DNA of 64,000 nucleotides from an uncultured virus (IMG/VR IMGVR_UViG_3300005758_000005) (Duplodnaviria; Heunggongvirae; Uroviricota; Caudoviricetes): IMG/VR virus record IMGVR_UViG_3300005758_000005, positions 62,001 through 126,000 of that record. One strand, given 5' to 3'. Positions within the stretch are counted from its first letter, which is position 1. Each line of letters begins with the position of its first letter. The position numbers and the translations under genes are program-made. Under the pieces are notes generated by a model. The model was not told the DNA's origin, did no database searches, and saw only the letters and a program-made list of their open reading frames with translations. Positions 33,739 through 43,187 of this stretch are shown here, piece by piece.

Positions 33739-34236
33739 TCATTTAAGAGTCAAGAGTTTACTGCTTAAATAAGGGTCATTTTTAAATCTTTTTAGCCCCA
33801 TCTTTGTATATCCCAATGCATTTAATCTATCACCATTTTTAATACAAAGACTAACAAGAGAGTGAAAAGTAGTGGCGGGACAATCTTTAAAACGGATAGC
33901 ACTTTCATAATAACGGATTGATAATTGTTCATCTTTCTTCATCGACCTATAAAACATACCAGTAAATTCATAAGACCTATATCCATTAGGCATTAGGGAC
34001 AAATATCTCTTAGTAAAAATTTCAGCATCATTTAACCAGCTTGAATCTTTACTATTAATACTCATAGACCACATAAGCCAAATCATATTCTCCCAAGCAT
34101 CACGGTCTTTGTAATCTATCTTAAGCACTTCTTTGTATAGATTAATAATTTTGGGATAGTCACCAGTTTTAGTATCTGTGCCATGCCAAAGAGTTTCAAT
34201 AGTTTTCTTTAAATATTCTAGTTTACGAGTTTGCAC
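33739..34236 (-). CDS. TPR-like helical protein
   Basis: GDYPKIINLYKEVLKIDY, SIRYYESAIRF helical repeats. Confidence 0.55.
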   Translation of the reverse strand: MQTRKLEYLKKTIETLWHGTDTKTGDYPKIINLYKEVLKIDYKDRDAWENMIWLMWSMSINSKDSSWLNDAEIFTKRYLSLMPNGYRSYEFTGMFYRSMKKDEQLSIRYYESAIRFKDCPATTFHSLVSLCIKNGDRLNALGYTKMGLKRFKNDPYLSSKLLTLK

Positions 34237-34573
34237 TTGCTTCTAACTCCAATTCTTCTGCATCATAAGTATTTAAAATATGATTACTAACATTCTGCGG
34301 TAATTCTACATTCTTCATAAAACCTAAAAGAATAATTTTCTTCTTAAAATTTTCGTAAACAGTTTTTCTTTTACGTTGAGAATTATCCCACTCATATGTA
34401 AATAAATTCATATCATTTAAAATTGAAGAGTGACTAAATTCAATAAGATAAGTACCATCCATATGAATAAAAGAATCAAAACCGGAAATTATATCATCTC
34501 CCTTTAATTCATATCCTGTGCCAGTTTTAGAAAAATATATCCAGACTTTTGTTTCCATGTCAAATTTTACCAT
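34223..34573 (-). CDS. Hypothetical protein
   Basis: 116-aa ORF downstream of dyad copy 4 on the minus strand. Confidence 0.5.
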   Translation of the reverse strand: MVKFDMETKVWIYFSKTGTGYELKGDDIISGFDSFIHMDGTYLIEFSHSSILNDMNLFTYEWDNSQRKRKTVYENFKKKIILLGFMKNVELPQNVSNHILNTYDAEELELEASANS

Positions 34574-34605
34574 ATATATTTAATGTCTGCAATTATCTAA
34601 AAAAG

Positions 34606-34661
34606 ATTATTTGAAACATTCTGTCGGGGGGTTAACCCCCCGAGGACTTGAAACAAATAAT
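34606..34661. repeat. 56-bp dyad element, copy 4
   Basis: Core 34624-34643. Confidence 0.95.
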
Positions 34662-34713
34662 AAAAAATAGTTCATCTGAGACAAAAAAAGACCCCGTTTC
34701 AGGGGTCTTTAGA

Positions 34714-34974
34714 TTACAGTTCGATATTGATGTAAGATACACCGATTAAGTTATGGATAGAATATTCTTTCCAGTTCTTAAGAAGGGTCTCTGCAAACTC
34801 ATGTCCTTCCAGAGCCTTTTTGATAGCATCTGAGAACTTGTTCGTCCTTACCAGAGTATAAGTGGTTTTATCATCACCGTATGTAAACTCATCAAGGACA
34901 TCGTTGCAAACATCTGTGTCAAGTTCCAGAGTGTAAAAGATGTCTGATGCATCTGCGAATGTTACCTGTCTCAT
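34714..34974 (-). CDS. Single-gene cassette, acidic hypothetical protein
   Basis: Promoter TTGCAT..TATTAT, AAGGAGG RBS, terminator ~34684-34710. Confidence 0.7.
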   Translation of the reverse strand: MRQVTFADASDIFYTLELDTDVCNDVLDEFTYGDDKTTYTLVRTNKFSDAIKKALEGHEFAETLLKNWKEYSIHNLIGVSYINIEL

Positions 34975-35048
34975 GTCAACCTCCTTGGTTACAGGTTAAT
35001 AATATCATAAATGATTTGTGATGCAATGGGTATTTTAAACTATTTTTT

Positions 35049-35104
35049 ATTATTTAAATCATTCCTTCGGGGGGTTAACCCCCCGACGACTGGAAACAAA
35101 TAAT
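35049..35104. repeat. 56-bp dyad element, copy 5
   Basis: Core 35067-35086. Confidence 0.95.
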
Positions 35105-35156
35105 AAATTTTAGATTGACAAAAGCAAAAAAAAGCCCCCGTTTCAGGGGGGGCTTG

Positions 35157-35876
35157 CTACGCCATCGGCAGAATCTTTAATGCCTTTTTAATCTTTTTAT
35201 CTGTTCCAGTATCAGGGGCGAACAGAATCACAAGTTTACGGCGGTGGAGGTGCTTATCCTGCATACAAAGCCCGCAGGACTTGCAAGAGTCGGTTTTCTT
35301 GACCTGATAGGGACAAGGGATACCAGTAAAGCCGTTTCCAAGGTTCACAGGGCGATGTGATTCGTGTTTAGTAGGAACGACCAGACTACAGGCATAACCA
35401 CGGTCATGCTCTACTTGTAACTGTTCCACGGATTCGCACGAACGCAGAATACTAACATCGCCCCAAACATTACGGGGAACATCCAATGCATGGGTGTATG
35501 TCCAAACCCGTTTGCCGGAACGCTTTATATAAGCATTATACGCTTCTGATACAATCCGGGCGGCTTCCACGGTTTTACAATCACCGACAACATGACCCCG
35601 CAGGTCATACTTGCCTTTAAGACGGTTCACGGCATCCGCTTCAAAACGGGCTATCTGTTCCGGTGTAAACATTCCAATGGACTGTGCTAGGTTCAATCGT
35701 TTTGTTGTAATACCTGCATGACCTGTTTCGGCATAACATCCTGCATTATAGAAGGAACAGTTAGATGGGCATGAACCTTGACTTGCCCAAGTAGCGGACA
35801 CCGTTTTGTCGGTGGAAAGTTTACGGTCGGCAGACCGCTCTACGGCAATGGCTGGGGCTGTGTATGTGTAACTCAT
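35157..35876 (-). CDS. Cys-rich conserved phage protein (Gp88-like), single-gene cassette
   Basis: SCPSNCSFYNAGCYA, LRGHVVGD, WTYTH, CPYQ...CKSCGLC; leaderless start. Confidence 0.55.
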   Translation of the reverse strand: MSYTYTAPAIAVERSADRKLSTDKTVSATWASQGSCPSNCSFYNAGCYAETGHAGITTKRLNLAQSIGMFTPEQIARFEADAVNRLKGKYDLRGHVVGDCKTVEAARIVSEAYNAYIKRSGKRVWTYTHALDVPRNVWGDVSILRSCESVEQLQVEHDRGYACSLVVPTKHESHRPVNLGNGFTGIPCPYQVKKTDSCKSCGLCMQDKHLHRRKLVILFAPDTGTDKKIKKALKILPMA

Positions 35877-35931
35877 GACATCATTATATCGACATTATAT
35901 AAAAATACAATGGCATTTTGAACTATTTTTT

Positions 35932-35987
35932 ATTATTTAAAACATTCCTTCGGGGGGTTAACCCCCCGACGACTGGAAACAAATAAT
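35932..35987. repeat. 56-bp dyad element, copy 6
   Basis: Core 35950-35969; 35908-36006 identical to 36845-36943. Confidence 0.95.
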
Positions 35988-36049
35988 GTTTTTCAGATTG
36001 ACAAATGCCAAAAAATGCCCCCCATTTCTGGAGGGCTGGTTGGTTGATT

Positions 36050-36415
36050 TTAGAACAACCGGGAATATGGTTTGGTTGCCAATGCACCGTCTGGTATGGC
36101 AATGCTGTAGTGGTTGCTAAGTTTACCGAACAGGTTTGGGAGGCTCTTGTGGAGGTGTGCAAAGGCGAATGTCTTGCCCTTGGAGGTTACCTTCATCGAT
36201 ACGTGAACACGGTTCAGAGCGTCAACGTAAAGGTGAACATCGACCTCAGAAGAGCGGAAAACGACATATTCGTTGCTGTCCACCTTCTCAGATACACGCT
36301 CATAGGACGCAGGGAGAGACTCTGCAAGCGTATTAATGAAGGCATCCAAAGCACGGGGCATGGACACAGGGGCGACATTGAGGAATGGTTCGGAGACAAA
36401 GTTTACGGTTTTCAT
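36050..36415 (-). CDS. GC-rich cassette hypothetical protein
   Basis: AAAGGA RBS; terminator ~36010-36040. Confidence 0.6.
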   Translation of the reverse strand: MKTVNFVSEPFLNVAPVSMPRALDAFINTLAESLPASYERVSEKVDSNEYVVFRSSEVDVHLYVDALNRVHVSMKVTSKGKTFAFAHLHKSLPNLFGKLSNHYSIAIPDGALATKPYSRLF

Positions 36416-36464
36416 TGGTTATCCTTTCAAAGCCCCCTGTAGTGACCTACAAGGGGCATATAGA

Positions 36465-36779
36465 CTATTCTGCGATGGTCTTTCCGGTGTTATCGGCAAT
36501 AAGAGCATTGAAGAAGAATGTCTCTGCCTTGATACGGGCATCCAAGAGCATGACAGACTTTTCAAGGAATCTTACAGATTCAATCTTGTCCTGAAGAATC
36601 AGTGTCATGTGAGCGTTACGGGTTGTTTCGTTGGTTCCGAAACCTTTGTACTCTTCGGACGCTTGAATCTTTGCCTCAGAGAGCAGGAGGTCAAGTTTAG
36701 CGTCCATGAGAAGGGACGTAGCCCCTGCCTTTTCGGTGAGCAGGTCTTTGAGAGTGGTTGCGATGGTCGTAGTGTTCAT
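36465..36779 (-). CDS. GC-rich cassette coiled-coil protein
   Basis: GGAG RBS; promoter TTGCAA-N17-TATACT next to copy 7. Confidence 0.6.
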   Translation of the reverse strand: MNTTTIATTLKDLLTEKAGATSLLMDAKLDLLLSEAKIQASEEYKGFGTNETTRNAHMTLILQDKIESVRFLEKSVMLLDARIKAETFFFNALIADNTGKTIAE

Positions 36780-36868
36780 ACGGTTCTCCGGTCAGTGTAG
36801 CCCGATTGCTACAGGAACAGTATAGGAAATATTTAATGACATTGCAATGGCATTTTGAACTATTTTTT

Positions 36869-36924
36869 ATTATTTAAAACATTCCTTCGGGGGGTTAACC
36901 CCCCGACGACTGGAAACAAATAAT
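36869..36924. repeat. 56-bp dyad element, copy 7
   Basis: Core 36887-36906. Confidence 0.95.
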
Positions 36925-36974
36925 GTTTTTCAGATTGACAAATTATAAAAATAGGGGTAGTTAACCCCTATTAA

Positions 36975-37268
36975 TTAATAAATAATGTTAAGGAATTTAG
37001 TCTTAACACAACGTCCTTCTTTATTAAGAAATTGTGCAATTCTCAGGATATTTACAATATCATAACCGTTGCCAGTATCACAACATAAATTATATGCATC
37101 ATAAAGGTTACCTTCAAGAATCTGCCCAACAAATCCGTGATAACGCAAGCGGGATGCATTTTCGTTATCCATGAAAGCTTGGAAATCTTCGATTATGTTT
37201 GCGATAGGATAATAAGTTTCACTTACAGGCTTGCCCATAAACATCAGTACAGTTTCTGTCATCATCAA
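36975..37268 (-). CDS. Single-gene cassette hypothetical protein
   Basis: AAGGAG RBS, TATAAT box, terminator ~36950-36972. Confidence 0.6.
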   Translation of the reverse strand: MMMTETVLMFMGKPVSETYYPIANIIEDFQAFMDNENASRLRYHGFVGQILEGNLYDAYNLCCDTGNGYDIVNILRIAQFLNKEGRCVKTKFLNIIY

Positions 37269-37322
37269 ACTCCTTACATGAATATTATATCAAAAAGTAC
37301 AATGAATTTCTGACTTTTATTT

Positions 37323-37379
37323 ATTATTTATATCTTTCTGTCGGGGGGGTTAACCCCCCGAGGACTGGAAACAAATAAT
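37323..37379. repeat. Dyad element, copy 8 (G7 run)
   Basis: Core 37341-37361. Confidence 0.95.
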
Positions 37380-37441
37380 GAAAAATAGTTTAAAAAATGG
37401 CAAAAAATCCCCCCATTTCTGGGGGGAATGTGGTAGGGAGG

Positions 37442-38770
37442 TTAGACCCCTACCATCTGATACTTTGCAACGATGTTCTCCGGGAGAGAGGAGGCACTAT
37501 CGGAGAGCGTTCCCCAACGCTTCTGTATCGCCTTCAGGTCTGCATCAATGGACGGTGCAAGGATGATGCTTGCGGTCGTTTCCATCTGTTCACGGAGAAC
37601 ACCGGAGAATGCTTGCGCCCCTCTTGTGAGACCGTTTACAAGACCGAATGCCGTTTCGTGGGCAATGTCTCCAGATGGTTCCTGAAGCGTCTCCAGATAA
37701 CCTTGCGACCATGCACGACCCTGCTCTATGGTCATCTTGTTGTCACGGGCTACCTTAGCGATAACCTGCTGTACATTCTTGACCTTGACCTGTTGGGTGA
37801 GGTTCATCAGGGTGAGAATGGCGTTGCCTTCAGACAACGCCAGAATAACAGCCTCCCGAACCTGTAGACGGATGTTGTCCTTGTCGATGGTTCCAAGGTG
37901 CTTTTGGTTGATGGCAATCTCAGAGTTACGCCGTCCCCATATCATGCCATTGAGACAGATGGCACGGAACAGGAATGGAGAAATCTTGAATGCACCGTTG
38001 CGAATCTCACTGTTGCGGAATGAGATGCCCACGCCGTAATCAGAATCAGGCTGTTGCTTGATGTAGTCTGGCAGGAGGATGTTGCCTTGAATATCATCTC
38101 CATTGTTGAAGAAATGGGATGCCAGAGCATCATTGAGGTTGCTACCAGATGGCAGAGCATCGGCGATAAACTCCAGAGCGTCAAGATTGTCCAATACACC
38201 GTACCGACCAGAGCAAACAGCACGAACAACAGGTGCATCACCCTCTTGACGGAGACGGAGACGAAAGTTCCGTGCGTCACGGTCACGCTCTCCATTGTTC
38301 CATTCGCTTTCACGCTTGGTAAGTTCGGCGTTGAAATACTTGGGAATGTCGGTCTCAAAACCTGCATTGACCAAGTAGGAAACAGTGGTGGAAGGAATCG
38401 GGGTGAAGGTGCGGAGGGATTCCAAACCGTCTGCGTTGATAGCCGTGCCATCGGTCAAGCGGTCATAGGATGCCAAGCGAACCTCAGACTCCAAGACAAC
38501 CTTGTCGAACTTGCCTTCGTGTTGATTGCGAACAACGGAGAGAGCATCTGACATAGGTGTACACTTGTCCTGCCATACCTTTGCTACATGGCGGTGGGTT
38601 GCGGATGATTCCAAGCCAATAGCATTCTTCCATGTGCCGTTAGCATCTTGCTTTGCAACGGAATCAGGGCGAACCTGCAAACCTGTCTCTGCACCGAAAA
38701 CCTGCGTGTTAGGGGAGACTACAGGGACGTTGTCCCCAATCTCAAGGATACCGAATCTGTCTTTGTTCAT
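37442..38770 (-). CDS. DUF932-like phage/plasmid protein, GC-rich single-gene cassette
   Basis: RAVCSGRYGVLDN...GISFRNSE...PFLFRAICLNGMI...TAFGLVNGLT. Confidence 0.6.
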   Translation of the reverse strand: MNKDRFGILEIGDNVPVVSPNTQVFGAETGLQVRPDSVAKQDANGTWKNAIGLESSATHRHVAKVWQDKCTPMSDALSVVRNQHEGKFDKVVLESEVRLASYDRLTDGTAINADGLESLRTFTPIPSTTVSYLVNAGFETDIPKYFNAELTKRESEWNNGERDRDARNFRLRLRQEGDAPVVRAVCSGRYGVLDNLDALEFIADALPSGSNLNDALASHFFNNGDDIQGNILLPDYIKQQPDSDYGVGISFRNSEIRNGAFKISPFLFRAICLNGMIWGRRNSEIAINQKHLGTIDKDNIRLQVREAVILALSEGNAILTLMNLTQQVKVKNVQQVIAKVARDNKMTIEQGRAWSQGYLETLQEPSGDIAHETAFGLVNGLTRGAQAFSGVLREQMETTASIILAPSIDADLKAIQKRWGTLSDSASSLPENIVAKYQMVGV

Positions 38771-38864
38771 TCCAAAATCTCCTGTAGCGGTCGGCTACGA
38801 AAAGATTATATCGAACTGTCAAGGAAAAACAATAAAAAACTACGCTGATTTTGAACTATTTTTT

Positions 38865-38920
38865 ATTATTTGTTTCCAGCCTTCGGGGGGTTAACCCCCC
38901 GACAGAATGTTTTAAATAAT
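38865..38920. repeat. Dyad element, copy 9 (inverted orientation)
   Basis: Core 38883-38902. Confidence 0.95.
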
Positions 38921-39035
38921 CTTTTTTAGTTTCAAATTGACAAAAAAAATATCTTTAAACCTTGTGATATTTAAATTTATATCCTACAATGTTGTATAGG
39001 ATATTAATAATCATTTTTGAAAGCGGTGTGACTCT

Positions 39036-39455
39036 ATGATATTAAAAATCAAAAATCTTGTGGAAGAATATGCAGATATATTCCCTCATAGGACGTTGGA
39101 TATTTTGCCTCAAATCTCAACGAAAAATGATAAAATATTGCTTAAGTATAGAAGTAATTACACCATGAGTAATTTTTTAATTTGTTGTGGTAATTACAGG
39201 GATAAGCATGGCAAGGTATTAGATTTAAAATATACTGATATAAAAGATGCCATGAGAATGAAGGCTGAAGATTTTTATATTTGGGGTTATTTAGAGGAGC
39301 AAGGTTTTTCTGAATTTGAGATGAAACTTTCAGATTTCTTTTCTTATAAGCCAGAATCTTTTTATAATCTTGACTCGAAAATCTGGGTAGTAAGAGACTC
39401 GAATTTTTCACCCATGACATTAGAGGAATACAAATACACCAAAAGATTGTTCTGA
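39036..39455 (+). CDS. Hypothetical protein
   Basis: 139-aa ORF. Confidence 0.5.
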   Translation: MILKIKNLVEEYADIFPHRTLDILPQISTKNDKILLKYRSNYTMSNFLICCGNYRDKHGKVLDLKYTDIKDAMRMKAEDFYIWGYLEEQGFSEFEMKLSDFFSYKPESFYNLDSKIWVVRDSNFSPMTLEEYKYTKRLF

Positions 39456-39558
39456 GAGTTTGCATAAGAGATTGTATCATGCTCGAATTTTGTATGCTCG
39501 AAAAAGTGCTATGCTCGAAAAAGAAAAATCCCACCTTGATTAGAGATGGGATTAAGAA

Positions 39559-39630
39559 CAGCTCCAGTAAGAATCGAACTTACAATATGGCTTTAGAAGA
39601 GCCGTGTTATATCCATTTAACTATAGAGCC
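39559..39630 (-). tRNA. tRNA-Arg(UCU)
   Basis: Acceptor GGCTCTA/TGGAGCT, anticodon loop CT-TCT-AA, T-loop TTCGATT. Confidence 0.9.
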
Positions 39631-39945
39631 TTAACTGACTATATTATACCACTATTTTCCGTATTTGCTATTAATGTCATCAACCATTTTAATCAATTTA
39701 TCAAGCCGTTTACAGAGATAATAATTTGCGACAAAGATAGGAATTGACATTATAATTCCTAATACCATTCCTCTGACAAGTGCTTCGAGTAAATTCATTT
39801 TTTTTAATCTTTCTTTTTGAGTGATTTATATTCTTTCAGGGTTTTTCGCAGCATATAGATTTGAAAGAATATTGGAACGTATAATAAAATAAATAAGACG
39901 ATGAATATAGTATAGAGATTGTGTTTAATAAATTCCATGTCTCTA

Positions 39946-40233
39946 TTATATCACACATCTATTGAGACTGTCTTGTTCTTGGAAATATTTTGTTGCTTCT
40001 AATGCACATTTCCATCCAAACAATTTATCTTGGACTTGATTAAAATTAAAACCTAAAGAGACAAAATCAATCCATTCATTTTCTGTGATATGATAAATGA
40101 TTGTTACGAACCAATTATCTTCTGATGAATCGTATCTGGAGTTTTGAGCCATATCGAAAAATAAAATAATAGAAGAGTTTTGATTAATTTCTTCTATTGT
40201 GTTTTTGATAACTTCGGCTTGTTCTTTAGTCAT
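39946..40233 (-). CDS. Hypothetical protein
   Basis: 95-aa ORF immediately downstream of a tRNA. Confidence 0.5.
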   Translation of the reverse strand: MTKEQAEVIKNTIEEINQNSSIILFFDMAQNSRYDSSEDNWFVTIIYHITENEWIDFVSLGFNFNQVQDKLFGWKCALEATKYFQEQDSLNRCVI

Positions 40234-40242
40234 AATTTAAAA

Positions 40243-40313
40243 AGCTCCATAGACGAATCAAACGCCTACCTAATCTTTACAAGAGAACCGTACTATCTTT
40301 ATACTAATGGAGC
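40243..40313 (-). tRNA. tRNA-Thr(UGU), possibly degenerate
   Basis: Acceptor GCTCCAT/ATGGAGC, loop CT-TGT-AA; T-loop TTTGATT and a mismatched anticodon stem. Confidence 0.7.
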
Positions 40314-40322
40314 AAAAAAAGG

Positions 40323-40393
40323 TTCCCAGACAAGGATTTGAACCTCGATAAACAGAGCCAAAATCTGCTGAATTGCCGTTATTCGATCTGGGA
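40323..40393 (-). tRNA. tRNA-Gln(UUG)
   Basis: Acceptor TCCCAGA/TCTGGGA, loop TT-TTG-GC, T-loop TTCAAAT. Confidence 0.85.
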
Positions 40394-40413
40394 ACAATCA
40401 AACTAATTATACA

Positions 40414-41172
40414 TCAAAATTCTGGTTTATCAAGTTTACCAGATTTAATTTTTTCCCAATCACCTCTGCCTGGTTTTGTGATGTTATAGTATTTACACCA
40501 TTTATTAACAGCATTATCACTAACACCAAACATTTCTCCAATTTTTATGCAAGGCATTTCCCATACGAGTTTTTCTAAAATTTCTTTGTCTGGTCTTTTA
40601 GATACTTTAATAACAGGTTGATAAAATTTTTCTGGCTGCACTTCTTTAACATATTTTGGAAATAATGTCTTTTGAGCAATAAAAATTTTTTCAGCATCGA
40701 TAAGTCCGGCGTGTATTTCTCCATGGCAGTTAGAGCATACTAAAATACACTTGTCTAATTCATCAACAATTAAGTCAAATTTTCTAACATTAATTTCTCC
40801 TATATTGAATGATTTAGTTTCTGGATATACGTGATGAAAATGTAAAGAGCCAATATACTTGTTATAACCACAAACTGAACAAGCTCCGCCTTTATATTCA
40901 ATTGCTCTTTCTTTAGTTTTAGTTCTATAGATTAAACTATAACATCTACTACATTTATCTTTGTGCTTTCTGTGTCCACCTTGATATTTTCTTTCACAAA
41001 TTTTACAAATCTTCATAACAACTCTTGTGTCATCATTTTCTAAACTTCTTGTGTTATGTGATCCAAAAGGTGAACAGTCTAAACAATATTTTCTTTTATC
41101 AAATTTTCTTACTTTTCCATCTATGAACATACTACATGGAATTTTATTGTTACACTTTAAACAATTTCTCAT
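40414..41172 (-). CDS. Free-standing HNH homing-endonuclease-like protein with Zn fingers and C-terminal HTH
   Basis: YKGGACSVCGY...LHFHHV...LDKCILVCSNCHGEIH; IGEMFGVSDNAVNKW. Confidence 0.8.
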   Translation of the reverse strand: MRNCLKCNNKIPCSMFIDGKVRKFDKRKYCLDCSPFGSHNTRSLENDDTRVVMKICKICERKYQGGHRKHKDKCSRCYSLIYRTKTKERAIEYKGGACSVCGYNKYIGSLHFHHVYPETKSFNIGEINVRKFDLIVDELDKCILVCSNCHGEIHAGLIDAEKIFIAQKTLFPKYVKEVQPEKFYQPVIKVSKRPDKEILEKLVWEMPCIKIGEMFGVSDNAVNKWCKYYNITKPGRGDWEKIKSGKLDKPEF

Positions 41173-41267
41173 AATTTCTCTTAATGGTGTTCAGTTCGAT
41201 TTGACACCAATTAAGTTATACATATAAAATTAAAAAAAACTCCTTTGAAATTAATCAAAAAAGTTTA

Positions 41268-41339
41268 TAGTCTGTAGGGGAATTGAACCCCTGACTCATC
41301 CGTGAAAGGGACGCATCTTAACCACTTGACCAACAGACC
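41268..41339 (-). tRNA. tRNA-Glu(UUC)
   Basis: Acceptor GGTCTGT/ACAGACT, loop CT-TTC-AC, T-loop TTCAATT. Confidence 0.9.
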
Positions 41340-41370
41340 TCGAAATTTATTATATCTCGAAATTTTAAAA

Positions 41371-41443
41371 CTCCTCGGCCAAGATTCGAACTTGGGACAT
41401 ACAAGTTAACAGCTTGTCGCTACTACCACTGAGCTACCGAGGA
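41371..41443 (-). tRNA. tRNA-Asn(GUU)
   Basis: Acceptor TCCTCGG/CCGAGGA, loop CT-GTT-AA, T-loop TTCGAAT. Confidence 0.93.
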
Positions 41444-42536
41444 CCATCACTCTTATTATACACCATCTCTCGAAAATCGCAATGGATGTTCGAAAAACTT
41501 ACTCGAAAATCTACTGGGGTTTTTTTATATTCCTGTATAGAGTATCAGCAAGAAGAATGGCAATAAGAGATTGTAATATAAATTCTGATGTCTTAGTTTC
41601 CAGCATAAGAAGTTGAAGTCTTACAATTCCCAAGCAGCAGAAGAATATTACGGATATTACGAAAGTTATTACGACTCGATTCATTTTAATGTTCCTTTAG
41701 CATATAATAAAGAAGAGCAATGCCACGACTCACTGCTCTTCTTTAGGCTTACTCTGTTATAGAACTATTGGAGGATACGTTCTATAATTTTCAGTTAATA
41801 TACTCTACCATATTCCCAGTGCGTTGTAAAGTGTTTTTAGTACCTCGAATTCTCTAATCTTTGTGAAATTTTCGTTAAAGTTTTCTTTTTACTTTTAAGA
41901 GATTGTTTTGCAAATTGACTATATTGATATTGGTAGTAATCTGAGAGGGCTTTAGAGCATACTATTCTTCCATCTTCTATATTAATATCTTTTGGCTTAC
42001 TCGAAATTGTTAAGGCGTTTCCAGCCATCATGCCAAAGATAAAGATAAAAATAATTGTAACTGACTCGAAAATTGTAAACCTTCTATTCATAATAACCTC
42101 CTCGAAATTTCCCCGTCGTCTAGAATCAAATAACCTTTTTTAGATTGGTCCGTGGGAAAGTTTTAAATAATCTTTTTTAGACACACAATAAAAAAAGCAG
42201 CCTACTAGAATTTAATCTAATAAGCTGCTTCGCTAATTGTTTGTTATTTTTATTATACTCGAAATCCTTTTAGTTATATTAAGAGGATATTAAAATACAA
42301 TAAAGTCGTAGTCTCTAACCTTTTGAACAATCTTTTTATCGTTTACAAGTTGGAGGAATGTGTTACGATTAATAGTGTCGATACTGTCATTGAGAATCGT
42401 GGTATTCTTTTTAATTTGTTCTCGAATTTCTCTGGCAGTTTCTTTGTTGGTTAGTTGGTTCAAATGAATCTTCTTCAATTTGTTCCCTCGAAATTTGTTA
42501 CTCAGTTTGTGGCTGGCAATGTATTTTATCTTAAGG

Positions 42537-43187
42537 TTAGTCTTCTTGCAACCCGAAACTCTGATTAATTTTGATTTCGTATTTGAACTGTGGTAATCCA
42601 ATGTAATCAATAATATTATGTTTCTTGCATTCTTCAGGGTTAATGTACCAATCTGCTCTGCCTCTATTAAATACAAGTTTATCAAAATATCCCTTGTCTT
42701 GTTCGCAGTTTGTATCTAGTGTTTGATAGAAGAGATTTTGTATTCTTGTGGTTTCGTTTGCATCGCTTACTACTTCCTCGAATTTCCCATTTGCTACAGA
42801 GGATACATCATGAATCATTACAACGGAGTGTGGAGTCATGTATCTGTAGCCTTTTGTACCTGCTGTAAGTAAGATAGCACCACAGGACATTGCTTTGCCT
42901 ATACAGATGGTCGCTACGGGTTTCTTGGCTGTTTTAAGGACATCTAGAATGAAAGAGAGGGCATATACATCACCTCCGAAAGAATCAATGTATATGGGGA
43001 TTACAGGTTGGTCGTTGTTATTTGCTTTGGTGAATTCCTCGAAAAACGTCTTGTTAGCGGTCTCATCAAAGTCGTTAACCCACACTGATACTGGAGTGTG
43101 GGTTGATTCCTCAGGTTTAGTTGTGAGGTGGTTGTCGTAGATGTAATTTATATTAAGATATGAATTAAGATTTAAGAGTTCTGACAT
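42537..43187 (-). CDS. ClpP-like serine protease
   Basis: IYIDSFGGDV...TICIGKAMSCGAILL.AG.KG.R...VMIHD...IID. Confidence 0.85.
   Translation of the reverse strand: MSELLNLNSYLNINYIYDNHLTTKPEESTHTPVSVWVNDFDETANKTFFEEFTKANNNDQPVIPIYIDSFGGDVYALSFILDVLKTAKKPVATICIGKAMSCGAILLTAGTKGYRYMTPHSVVMIHDVSSVANGKFEEVVSDANETTRIQNLFYQTLDTNCEQDKGYFDKLVFNRGRADWYINPEECKKHNIIDYIGLPQFKYEIKINQSFGLQED

Noticed and set aside
36950..36972. Tenth dyad copy (ATAGGGGTAGTTAACCCCTAT)
   Set aside because: Lacks the TCG/CGA ends and the spaced arms; fits the terminator of 36975..37268.
36005..38894. Many overlapping alternative-frame ORFs (e.g. 36005..36442, 36336..36800, 37397..37867, 38054..38551)
   Set aside because: Shadow ORFs of GC-richer minus-strand genes; RBS, promoter and terminator signals support the minus-strand calls.
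30802..38920. CRISPR array interpretation of the palindromic repeats
   Set aside because: Intervals are 0.44-2 kb and contain whole genes; orientation varies; no cas genes in the window.
30802..38920. Dyad cores as ordinary intrinsic terminators
   Set aside because: No adjacent U-tract, separate canonical terminators lie beside them, and the fixed N11-spaced outer arms are not needed for termination.
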